From the NCBI RefSeq assembly GCF_013177435.1, contig NZ_CP053627.1:2760001-2792000 (forward strand): 32,000 bases of DNA. The letters are read 5' to 3'. The notes under the pieces are model-generated. The model made no database searches and had not been told where the DNA came from. It saw nothing but the letters and a program-made list of their open reading frames with translations. Below, one piece after another: positions 18,352 to 27,237 of the stretch. The position numbers and the translations under genes are program-made. Every line of letters starts with the position of its first letter. Position 1 is the stretch's first letter. Source of the DNA: Xylella taiwanensis (GTDB lineage: Bacteria > Pseudomonadota > Gammaproteobacteria > Xanthomonadales > Xanthomonadaceae).

Positions 18352-19608
18352 CTACGACTCCGCCCTGTGTGGTTCACGGGTCTCAACACTACGCCGCCAC
18401 CCTTGTAGGATCGCATTGGCAAGCTTGGCAGGATCATTGTCGAAATGATGACCGCCGGGGCGCATCACTACATCGAACACACGTCCACGCAATTCGGGGC
18501 ATAGCGTGTCTTTCTCATACTGTCCATAGATGCATTGCACGCGCTGCAAATCGAACGCAGCTAACGCAGGCAAGACATCTCGGGTGCCGTGCTCACCCCA
18601 ACCTATCCAACCAAAAATCCGGCCTTTGAAGTCTGCCTGATGGCCCAGAGCAAGCAGAGAAATAAAGTCAACCTGGTTGCGCTGTGCCGGCGTCAATCTG
18701 GCGTAGGCAAATGGCATCACGTCGGAACCGAACGAATAACCGATCAGTATTAATTGGTGGGCATCCCAATGGTGTTGGTAATAGGCAATGACACGACCAA
18801 GATCATCACCCACTTGTTCAGGGGTGCGCAGATTCCAAAAATAACTCAGGCTACTCCATCCCACCACCGAAATACCGCGATGCTGCAATTCCTTGGCCAA
18901 ACCCTGATCCAGTTGGCGCCAACCACCATCACCGGAGATCATGATGGCCAGCCGATCACTGCCCGGCGCATAGTATTCCACGAGCGGCAGGGTCTCTACG
19001 CCTCTGCCCGGTATATGGGTGGCCCTATGCGGCTGTACTTTTTCCGGCAACTCTGATTGGGAAGCAAACTTCGGTAGCATCTCCACAAATCCATGGGTCA
19101 AATCATTGACCTGCAATGGATCAGTGGCCAATACAGACCTTGTGTTGGTCGGTATGGTGGCAACAACCTCGCCTGACACGTCGGTCTCAGTAGAAGCCTG
19201 AATCTGTGGTACCAAGACTTTCCTACGATCATGACCAATCAGAGCAGATACCATGAAAGCATCGTCACCCTGGCGACGCAGTAAGCGCTTGTTCAATCCC
19301 AAGGGAGCATCGACTAAACCTATGCACTTCAATGTGCACCCATACCTATGCGTCAAGTAACGACCTGTATTGATCACTCCGTCCTCAGCCAGCGGCTGTA
19401 CCACAGCAGGATGAGCCAAGAGCGTGGCAGCGACGCTCGGATACTGCATCAGCATCACAGGCGATGCACGGGCTAACGTCAACATTCCAAGCAATCCATC
19501 ACGCCTGGCGAAAGCATTGCTATACACCTGAAAACACACTGCAACACTGCCGCCCACCAGCAATGCAAACGCCGTCAACCACTTGACCCTGCTATTAACG
19601 CACCTCAT
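18352..19608 (-). CDS. AcvB/VirJ-family 'virulence factor' alpha/beta-hydrolase (lysyl-phosphatidylglycerol hydrolase family)
   Basis: N-terminal membrane anchor. The VirJ-type region reads RLAIMISGDGGWRQLDQGLAKELQHRGISVVGWSSLSYFW...LILIGYSFGSDVMPFAY. Confidence 0.7.
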   Translation of the reverse strand: MRCVNSRVKWLTAFALLVGGSVAVCFQVYSNAFARRDGLLGMLTLARASPVMLMQYPSVAATLLAHPAVVQPLAEDGVINTGRYLTHRYGCTLKCIGLVDAPLGLNKRLLRRQGDDAFMVSALIGHDRRKVLVPQIQASTETDVSGEVVATIPTNTRSVLATDPLQVNDLTHGFVEMLPKFASQSELPEKVQPHRATHIPGRGVETLPLVEYYAPGSDRLAIMISGDGGWRQLDQGLAKELQHRGISVVGWSSLSYFWNLRTPEQVGDDLGRVIAYYQHHWDAHQLILIGYSFGSDVMPFAYARLTPAQRNQVDFISLLALGHQADFKGRIFGWIGWGEHGTRDVLPALAAFDLQRVQCIYGQYEKDTLCPELRGRVFDVVMRPGGHHFDNDPAKLANAILQGWRRSVETREPHRAES

Positions 19609-19704
19609 TGATTCCTCGCCGAACGACTGTACTACTGCGCATTATGTTGGGATCGAAACGGCAACACCCCTCATTACGACCTGCTACTCGCAATAACAAC
19701 ACAC

Positions 19705-21543
19705 TTAGATGCCACGGACCAGACGGAAACCGATTCTGGCGCTCGTCATATCTGAATCTTGTGATCCACGCCACGCCGCACGGGTCTGCTGTGGCGAGTT
19801 AGCCCAGCTACCGCCACGCACCAAACGTTGGCGGCAGCCCGGGTTGTACCAAGCGATGCCATCAGCCGGGGCACGTCGATAGCTTGAGTGCCAGCAATCG
19901 GCCACCCATTCGCTAAGGTTCCCCCCCATGTCGTGGAGGCCCCAGGCATTGGCCTGGAAACTGGCGACTGGCGCTACGGCCCAATAACCGTCCCCATAAC
20001 CGATGAAGGCATTGGCCCAACGCCGTCCGCTCGGAGAGACATCGTTACCGCCAGTATAGTTGCCGGTCATTGGGACTGCGGCGTTGCCCCAAGGATAATA
20101 GCCTTCTCCGCCGGCACGCAGTGTGTACTCAAACTCGGCCTCACTGGGCAGACGGTAATAACGCCCGGTCTGGCGCGACATCCACACTGCATAAGCCTCC
20201 GCATCACGCACGCTGACATGCATCACCGGATCATTGGGGCCAGCCGCACGACCATCGTAGCCGGACTGCCAATCCACCCCACTGCGCCGCACGAAGTTTC
20301 CACTGCGCTCATCATAGACCAGCGAGTGTCCACGCCGAGTCGCTCGTGGCCGGTAACCTGTCTGTTCAACAAAGCGCCGAAACTGGGCGACGGTGACCTC
20401 GGTAATGGACATTGCGAAACCGCGTTCAAAACGCACGTAGTGGCGCGGCCGTTCCGCAGCTGATGTGCCTGGTTCGGTATCGCCTGCCCCCATCTGGAAG
20501 CTACCGTGGGGCACCACAACCATTTGCGGGCCTCGGGTACCGTCTTGCATCGCATCGGTAAACACTTGTCCTCGCCGGAAACTACCATAGTGGGTAGCCC
20601 GATCGATGCGCTCTCGCAACTCGCTCACCACCGCATCACCAGGCACGGCAATACGTAACACCTCAGCGAAGAGGATGCGCGCATCCTTCAATTTCTTCGG
20701 ATCAGATATCGCACGTAATGCGGCATCCCGCAATGCGGCAATCTTGGCCATACGGAGGGTGACGATGCGCACCCGCGCATCGGTCACTGTGGGTGCTTGC
20801 TCGCGCACCTCGGATGCCAAACCAATCCAGTGCGTAGCGCTCTCGAAGTTGGAGGCATCAGCCGCCTGTTCGGCGTGGCGGATCATCGCGCTCTCTACTG
20901 CCGCCAAGCCCTGAGGCGCCCGAGTATTGTCTGGATCCAAGCCCAACGCATCACGGAAGTTGCCCAAGGCACCATGACCACTCTCGCCCAACCTCCCAGC
21001 ACGCAGATCGTCCTCACCAGCGAGATTGAATGCAAGGACACGTTGTGCGGTCTCAACACGACTCTGCAAACGACGCACGCGCATATCCTGCGGTGCCAGC
21101 GACAACGCCACCCTCGTCACGTCGCCAGCCTGTTCTAATGCCTCTTCTTGTACCTCTCGCTGCAGCAATAGCCCATCCGCCAGGGCGAGCAAACGCAGCA
21201 ACGCACGGCGCAGACCATCTTCAGCCGCACGGTCGCGCCCGCCACTGCGGGTACGCAACGCCAAGTAAAGTGGAATCGCATCGTCAGCACTGCGGTACAG
21301 TCGATCCTCCACCAATGCCTGAGCGGCACGTCGCCTGACCTGCACGGACGTCATGTCACCTAATACGACCGGCGGCGCTTGCCAAAGTGGGAGTGTCGGA
21401 ACCGATTTTTGGCCGGCCATCGAAACATGGGGTGCAGTCGGCAATGCGGCAACCACCTTTGGTGCAGCCGGCTCGGGCGTCGGCGCGCATCCGACCGATA
21501 ACAACAGCCACAATCCCACAATCCACTGACCACCGATGCGCAC
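19705..21543 (-). CDS. Probable lipoprotein with an N-terminal helical-repeat region and a C-terminal formylglycine-generating-enzyme (SUMF1/EgtB/PvdO) domain
   Basis: The FGE-sulfatase signature reads FEMGAG-like ...GSFQMGAGDTEP...RPRHYV...YRLPSEAEFEY...HDMGGNLSEWVAD...RLVRGGSWANSPQQTRAAWR. I prefer the GTG at 21543, which follows GGGAGGAGG, and gives VRIGGQWIVGLWLLLSVGC. Confidence 0.8.
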   Translation of the reverse strand: MRIGGQWIVGLWLLLSVGCAPTPEPAAPKVVAALPTAPHVSMAGQKSVPTLPLWQAPPVVLGDMTSVQVRRRAAQALVEDRLYRSADDAIPLYLALRTRSGGRDRAAEDGLRRALLRLLALADGLLLQREVQEEALEQAGDVTRVALSLAPQDMRVRRLQSRVETAQRVLAFNLAGEDDLRAGRLGESGHGALGNFRDALGLDPDNTRAPQGLAAVESAMIRHAEQAADASNFESATHWIGLASEVREQAPTVTDARVRIVTLRMAKIAALRDAALRAISDPKKLKDARILFAEVLRIAVPGDAVVSELRERIDRATHYGSFRRGQVFTDAMQDGTRGPQMVVVPHGSFQMGAGDTEPGTSAAERPRHYVRFERGFAMSITEVTVAQFRRFVEQTGYRPRATRRGHSLVYDERSGNFVRRSGVDWQSGYDGRAAGPNDPVMHVSVRDAEAYAVWMSRQTGRYYRLPSEAEFEYTLRAGGEGYYPWGNAAVPMTGNYTGGNDVSPSGRRWANAFIGYGDGYWAVAPVASFQANAWGLHDMGGNLSEWVADCWHSSYRRAPADGIAWYNPGCRQRLVRGGSWANSPQQTRAAWRGSQDSDMTSARIGFRLVRGI

Positions 21544-21629
21544 ATCCGCCTCCTCCCAAGACCGCACCGCAGCACACCTTAGGCTATTCTGCTCAATTCG
21601 AATAATCCTAGCCTAATCACGGAAATCAC

Positions 21630-22721
21630 GTGCCGCATTGGATCCAGCATCCCGACACCCTCGCTACCTGGTGGCACCGACAGCCAACCCGAATCGGTAT
21701 GGATACCGAATTCATCCGCGAGCGCACCTTCTGGCCACAATTAGCTCTGGTACAGATCGCAATTGAGGACGAGATATTACTCGTCGATCCACTAGTACCG
21801 GGCATAATCGACGCACTGCGACTCTGGCTAACCGCGCCGCATGTGGTCAAAGTCATGCACAGCGCTAGCGAAGACTTGATTGCATTTAAGCGTGCCTGCG
21901 GCGTACTGCCACGACCGCTGTTCGACACCCAAATTGGGGCTGCCTTGGCAGGCTTGGGGGGCGGACTGGGTTACCAGAAGCTGGTGGCCACGGTCACCAG
22001 CGTGGAATTGAAAAAAGGGGAAACACGCTCAGACTGGATGCACCGACCACTCACACCAGCCCAACTAGACTACGCCGCTAACGATGTCCGTTACCTATTC
22101 ACATTGCATGACACGCTCACAGAACGGCTGGCACAGCTGAACCGCAGTGCTTGGCTGGAAGAGGACTGCGCACGACTTATCCACACCATCGAACAAGACG
22201 AGAACGAACGCTGGCCGCATCTGGCAATACGTTCGGCACACCTTCTCGACACACCAGGACAGTACCGCTTGCTAAGGCTGCTGCGCTGGCGGGACACGTT
22301 AGCGCGCACCAGCAACCAGCCACGTAACTGGATATTGAACAATGAACTGGCCAATACTCTGGCGCGCTTCCCTCCTTCCGATCTAGCTGACCTGCGATAC
22401 CAGCTTAAAAAGTGCAACAAATCGTGGAACACACTCGCCAGTCAAATACTGGAAGCACTGCACACTCCTCTTGCCGACGAAACTCAAGCCCCGCTAGCCA
22501 TCGCACCCAGCGATGCAGATAAAGCCCTGCTCAAGCGCTTACAGCAAACCGTAGCTAAATGTAGCTGCGATCTAGGTTTACCTGACGGTATCCTCGCCTC
22601 ACGCCGTCATTTAGAGGCTCTCATCGAACAACGCCAATGGCCTGACTCACTTGGTCAATGGCGTCGCGCTCTGCTCGAAACACAGTTGCAGCCACTGTTA
22701 TCTATGCCAGACGACACCTAA
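21630..22721 (+). CDS. rnd: Ribonuclease D
   Basis: DEDD exonuclease motifs GMDTEFIRERTFWPQLALVQIA, KVMHSASEDL and LDYAANDVRYL. The C-terminal region is HRDC-like. Confidence 0.9.
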   Translation: MPHWIQHPDTLATWWHRQPTRIGMDTEFIRERTFWPQLALVQIAIEDEILLVDPLVPGIIDALRLWLTAPHVVKVMHSASEDLIAFKRACGVLPRPLFDTQIGAALAGLGGGLGYQKLVATVTSVELKKGETRSDWMHRPLTPAQLDYAANDVRYLFTLHDTLTERLAQLNRSAWLEEDCARLIHTIEQDENERWPHLAIRSAHLLDTPGQYRLLRLLRWRDTLARTSNQPRNWILNNELANTLARFPPSDLADLRYQLKKCNKSWNTLASQILEALHTPLADETQAPLAIAPSDADKALLKRLQQTVAKCSCDLGLPDGILASRRHLEALIEQRQWPDSLGQWRRALLETQLQPLLSMPDDT

Positions 22722-22730
22722 CATTCCATT

Positions 22731-22759
22731 CGAGCAGTGAAGCTGTATTACACTGCTCG
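22731..22759 (+). terminator. Hairpin 10 nt after the rnd stop; candidate terminator lacking a T-run
   Basis: Perfect 9-bp stem CGAGCAGTG / CACTGCTCG with an 11-nt loop. Confidence 0.35.
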
Positions 22760-22963
22760 CTCTGGCACTTGGCTGGAAAAGGGCTGCGATATGCGGTTAA
22801 GGCAACAGGAGTACGCTTTCCCTCCGTACCCACGGATCACTCCAATAATCAGGGTTTGGTCAGTACCATGCAGGCATTGATATGCATCAGCGACTGTTCC
22901 CTATCTCTAGGGTTTGGCTGATAACCACCTCTGACTCAATTTATAGACACCACACCGGAAGCT

Positions 22964-23368
22964 ATGAACGACACAACCAACTCCTCTCTGGATTTGATTG
23001 CTCAAACCAAGATCAAACTGACGGAAGAGCTGCACAAGCTGGAAGAACAGGAAGCGCAGCTGCGCCAAGTACAGGCAAACGATGCATTTCTCGAAGTCAT
23101 CAGCCTGATAAACACATTCAGTACGCATTTCAACTCCAAACAGAAGTCTGAAATCGGGGCACTGGTCAAAGAGGTTACCCCTCCCCGTAAGGCACCAACC
23201 AAAACTAAGCGCGAAGTTCCTATAAAGTATTGGCTACCCCATTGCAACGCAACATGGAGCGGGCGTGGCAAGACACCCAAAGCTTTCGAAGCCTGGGTAG
23301 GCACTGCCGCCTACACAGCGTGGAAAGCTAAACACCCAGATGAAAAATTCCCAGCCTTTCCAGGCTAA
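22964..23368 (+). CDS. H-NS-family nucleoid-associated DNA-binding protein
   Basis: N-terminal coiled coil KLTEELHKLEEQEAQLRQVQ. The C-terminal DNA-binding signature is KYWLPHCNATWSGRGKTPKAFEAW. Confidence 0.8.
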   Translation: MNDTTNSSLDLIAQTKIKLTEELHKLEEQEAQLRQVQANDAFLEVISLINTFSTHFNSKQKSEIGALVKEVTPPRKAPTKTKREVPIKYWLPHCNATWSGRGKTPKAFEAWVGTAAYTAWKAKHPDEKFPAFPG

Positions 23369-23521
23369 AAGCGTCAGAAGTTTTCTTGTTTACTGCGCAA
23401 GCAAGCGCTGTCGCATACGTCAGCGCATAAATACTTTCAGTCACTACTTGTTTGGAGACAAATCTTCAGCGCCCAGCCACTACTCCGCCAACCAATGGCT
23501 ATTGCCGTTGCCAGTAATATC

Positions 23522-23545
23522 CACGTCTTAGATGGCTAAGACGTG
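23522..23545. repeat. Perfect 10-bp inverted repeat
   Basis: CACGTCTTAG - ATGG - CTAAGACGTG. It lies between the H-NS gene and the IS relic. Confidence 0.85.
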
Positions 23546-23602
23546 CTATCACTCTTATAGAAGACATGCTTGTGTCTTGGTCAATCGATTTACCTTCCAT
23601 AA

Positions 23603-24233
23603 TCGGCCATTCCATATTTCGATCAGAATGAATGGAAACAGATCAAACCATTATTGTCGGGCTGCAAAGACCATGTTGGAACGAACACGCATAATAACCG
23701 CCTAAACATCAGTAACACGTATACAAAGATCGATTCAACAACCGTTCTTCTTCACCAACATAACAATGGAAAACAATTACAGCACCACAAACTATCGGAC
23801 ACAGTCATAGTGAGCTAAACAAAAATTCATACCACCATCGATATACCAAACGATCTAATCAGGGATCGCATTGCACCCTGGAAAAACTAAAATTTATTAG
23901 TGCAATAACGGGTAAACAGGTCATGATCACAATCACAGCCTGTATAAGAGTCAATATCCGATTGAGCACTTTTCCAGCTATTCCAAACAATACGGCGTCA
24001 TTGCCAACAAACAGTAGTGCTTGGTCTATTTATCCGAAGAGCCTCGCTTTAGTAAGCATCACACAGTTAAATTCCTTTGATGTTATTTAATGAAGTCACG
24101 TTCAAAGACTGACTCCAATATGTGCAAACGTCACCTTCACAACAATCGTCTCAACCTCGGGATAGCAAGATAACTCTGTAAAACAAGCAATATGAATAAA
24201 TATTCTCTAAACAAATTCACGCGACAGTGGTGA
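23603..24233 (+). mobile_element. Decayed IS5-family (IS427/IS1031-like) transposase relic; no start codon, several stops and frameshifts, internal deletions
   Basis: The frame from 23615 reads YFDQNEWKQIKPLLSGCKDHVGTNTHNNRLNI...TKIDSTTVLLHQHNNGKQ...VS*TKIHTTIDIPNDLIRDRIAPW. This compares with the family pattern L-D-x-EW-x-I-x-PLLP...DNR and IDST-V-AHQHAAG...GG-STKIH---D--GNP. Later fragments are GVIANKQ*, KSRSKTDSNMCKRHLHNNRLNLGIAR* (compare NRK...YK-RH-VEN-F--LK) and ...FTRQW*. Confidence 0.5.
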
Positions 24234-24823
24234 TATATAGCGATTGCAACAACATCGGTCGATCGTCGAAAGATAATGAGTGAAAGACGGTACATGTGAG
24301 ATTGTGCCGTCAGCAAAGGTGCTGACGCCAATTAGGTGATAAAAGGGAAAAAGCTAACGCTTCTTCGTCTCAGGCAGCGCAAGGAATATGATTTAGTACA
24401 GCATCAAGACAAAACTGATGCGTAAGGAGCAAATGGGTATCGTCAACAAACATGTCCTTGCATTTTTCGGGGCCCTGGTCCTTCGACCCGTTCCTCATAG
24501 CATACTCAACCGCAACAATTGTTTTGAGATCGGCCCCTTTTCTTCTGTCAGACATTTTTATCGACTGCTGAGCTGAATTTCAATCAACCAATCATACAAA
24601 TGGGATATCCCACAACGATGGAATGTACCGGTACCGCGATGCCGGCGTTGATTTAGTTGATAAATCCCAAAATCCTCTCAGAGGTAGAACTAGCGTTTTT
24701 CATGACGACCTCTGAAAGTCGACCAACTTTACAGTTGGGACAGATCTGCGGAGTGATGCTTCATTAATCCAGTCGATTAGGTGCTTGTCCTCTTAGTCAC
24801 AGCAGAATGAAGTCATTGATGCG

Positions 24824-25755
24824 TTATTTCAGATACCTGCCAAACGGCGTTGCTGGCATAGATCGTGATCTCTTCAGGGTCATGATACACATGGTCAGTG
24901 GCACTCCAGCATGCGTCTTGAAGCGTTCCAGACACAACCGGGTTTCATGCCAACGTTTTTTCATCGGTCACTTGAGATTGAGCGCAGCCAGACAACCATA
25001 CGCTCTGCGACTCAGCACAGCTGTTCGACCATGTCGCAGACCATCCAATCCATTGGCTGCAGCAGCTTCCAACGAAAGCCATTGACACGCACGTGTTCAA
25101 CCAATCAGTGTCGAGCAACGGTGACCGCAACGATGCATTGTCAATACCGTTGACGTGCAGGTACTGGCGAATCAACACCCAGGCCCAACCACTGGACGCT
25201 GCCCCCAGATCGGTCGCACGCATACCAGGATGCAGACTCGATCGGAGTCAGCAGGGTAATCAATGCCTCTTCCCGTTTAAGTGCAGAGCACGAGGACGTA
25301 TCCGGCAACAGTTTCAAACGCGGGATGCCGAGTGGCCACGGTGCATTGATGTGCCCGGAAAGCAGTCAGGCTCTGCGCAGTACTGGACGCAATGCGTACC
25401 AACACTCTGCATGCCAGCCCGGCCAATGGCTGACCCATGTCTGAATCTGGATACTCAATCCACAGATTACCGAAGCACGGTGTATTGGGTAGTGCCGTCA
25501 GGATTAGGACCAATCCGATCGCGTAAATTCAGATCTTTCAGTTCGGCATGTAGGTGCAGGATTTGTCCTGCGAATTCAATCCGCGCCAGTGCAACTGCTA
25601 CACCAGTGTATCGGCCTCAAGCAGATCGCACAGCAACAGCACGAAGCGGTCATTGCGGTGTGTTTGTATATCACGAGCAATGCTGGGCCGTCGTTTCACT
25701 CAGCCGCCAATGCTGGCCCAAACCCTTGACGGCAGTAACCGATGAGACCGTTCAT
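24824..25755 (-). pseudogene. rlmM: Heavily decayed 23S rRNA (cytidine2498-2'-O)-methyltransferase gene
   Basis: The minus-strand pieces run in order but in changing frames:
- MNGLIGYCRQGFGPALAAE* (the RlmM N-terminus)
- ...RNDRFVLLLCDLLEADTLV*QLHWRG
- EFAGQILHLHAELKDLNLRDRIGP
- FGNLWIEYPDSDMGQPLAGLACR
- GMRATDLGAASSGWAWVLIRQYLHVNGIDN (SAM-binding DLGA-PGGW region, mutated)
- WMVCDMVEQLC*VAERMVVWL
- AALNLK*PMKKRWHETRLCLERF...
There are at least three in-frame stops and four frame changes. Confidence 0.8.
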
Positions 25756-25764
25756 CGTGGTACC

Positions 25765-26325
25765 TCAGTAATGATCGCCACCACCCTCCGAGTACTGGCG
25801 CAGCACAGCACGCGCGGCGTCGCGTTGCAAGTCACGCACGACTTCGATATCGCGCTTGACCAGTTCACCAATCCAGTCGGCAGGTAACGGCCCTTCGTCG
25901 AACGCGGTCAACTCCATCACATCTTCAGCACGGGCTCCGATCAGCAGGCGATCAATACCGGCCCAGATCGTAGCACCGTAGCACTGGCAACACGGCTGTG
26001 CGGACGTGGCCAGAGTCACTGGGGATAAAACATCATTCAGACGTGGAGTCTGCAAACGCTGCTGGGCCAGCATATAGGCCATGATCTCGGCGTGAGCTAT
26101 CGAGGTGGTATGTGGTACTACACGGTTCATACCAATGGCAATGATGCAGTTATCCGGACCAAACACTACTGCTCCAAATGGGCCACCGCTACGTTCCTCC
26201 ACATTTAATGCAGATAGGCGAATTGCCAAATTGATCTTGTCGTTGTCGTCCAGATAGGGGCATGTTGAATCGACGTGTTGGTGAATCCAGGCAGGCAGAG
26301 TGAGGTGGACCTGGGCATACAACAT
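25765..26325 (-). CDS. CDA-fold zinc nucleoside/nucleobase deaminase (guanine-deaminase-like)
   Basis: Zinc motifs SIAHAEIMAY and SAQPCCQCYGA. 186 aa. Confidence 0.8.
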   Translation of the reverse strand: MLYAQVHLTLPAWIHQHVDSTCPYLDDNDKINLAIRLSALNVEERSGGPFGAVVFGPDNCIIAIGMNRVVPHTTSIAHAEIMAYMLAQQRLQTPRLNDVLSPVTLATSAQPCCQCYGATIWAGIDRLLIGARAEDVMELTAFDEGPLPADWIGELVKRDIEVVRDLQRDAARAVLRQYSEGGGDHY

Positions 26326-26675
26326 TCAGCGGACAGATTCTGACAAGACAGACGGAATCATTTTGCGAGGCATTAGCCATCGATACAACTGTATCTGGCT
26401 GATCCTCTGAAAAGCAAACACTGCCATCTGCACGGGCAACCCTGCGTGTGCTAGTGCATCTCCTCCAAACTGCCTAAGCTGGCAACGTTCATGGACGTTG
26501 GATAGGAGCAGGAGCAGTCACCAATATTCTCCACGCTGGCAACAACATCAATGCATACCGGACAACATATTATGCAGACCAGAAGCTACGGCAATCGGGA
26601 ATGAATAAAGCAAACAGCGTAGTGGAAGCCAAAATGAGAACACTCCACCAAGCAGTACGATTTTTCCATTTAATT

Positions 26676-26752
26676 TGGTCGGGGTAGCCGGATTCGAACC
26701 GACGACCACCAGTCCCCCAGACTGGTGCGCTACCAGGCTGCGCTATACCCCG
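26676..26752 (-). tRNA. tRNA-Pro (anticodon GGG)
   Basis: The reverse complement reads CGGGGTATAGCGCAGCCTGGTAGCGCACCAGTCTGGGGGACTGGTGGTCGTCGGTTCGAATCCGGCTACCCCGACCA. The anticodon stem CCAGT/ACTGG carries the loop CTGGGGG. The CCA end is encoded. Confidence 0.95.
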
Positions 26753-26874
26753 CTCAACAGCACGCCGGTGTGGCGGCAGGGCGCGATTATAGCCGCATTA
26801 GCTCAACCCTGCCTAGGGTTTGCGCAGCATTCCACATAGGCTGAGACACTCATAAGAGGAAGCGTTTGACGTAC

Positions 26875-27237
26875 TCAGCGCCGCAGTAACTGCAATACTT
26901 GCTCCAGTTCCATGCGCACTTGCCTGATGATCTGATGGCTTAGCGTCAATTCGTGGCGAGTGCTCTCACCGTCCAGACGCAAGCGTGCACCACCGATGGT
27001 GTATCCCTGTTCGTACAACAGGCTGCGAATTTGACGCACTAAAAGCACATCGTGACGCTGGTAGTAACGACGGTTACCACGACGTTTGGCTGGCTCCAGA
27101 CTGGGGAACTCAGTTTCCCAGTAGCGTAATACATGCGGTTTGACGTCGCACAAATCAGCAACTTCACCAATGGTGAAGTAACGCTTGGCTGGAATCGATG
27201 GAAGTTCTCGGTTACTGCCTGGATCCAACATAGGCAT
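26875..27237 (-). CDS. Small MerR-family transcriptional regulator
   Basis: The helix-turn-helix region is [66 protein letters not shown]. Its start overlaps the ihfA 3' end. Confidence 0.85.
   Translation of the reverse strand: MPMLDPGSNRELPSIPAKRYFTIGEVADLCDVKPHVLRYWETEFPSLEPAKRRGNRRYYQRHDVLLVRQIRSLLYEQGYTIGGARLRLDGESTRHELTLSHQIIRQVRMELEQVLQLLRR

Noticed and set aside
25093-25887. 264-aa plus-strand ORF, the longest ORF in the 24.8-25.9 kb interval
   Set aside because: It is antisense to the rlmM relic and to the 3' end of the deaminase gene. It is Arg/Cys/Ser-rich with no family motif. The opposite strand carries unmistakable RlmM blocks.
22722-26752. Classical tRNA-Pro-targeted genomic island, with an integrase and a direct repeat of the tRNA 3' end
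   Set aside because: No integrase-like ORF is present. By eye I found no second copy of the tRNA-Pro 3' segment (GGTTCGAATCCGGCTACCCCG) in the window. The deaminase and rlmM genes between the tRNA and the AT-rich patch look like core genes.
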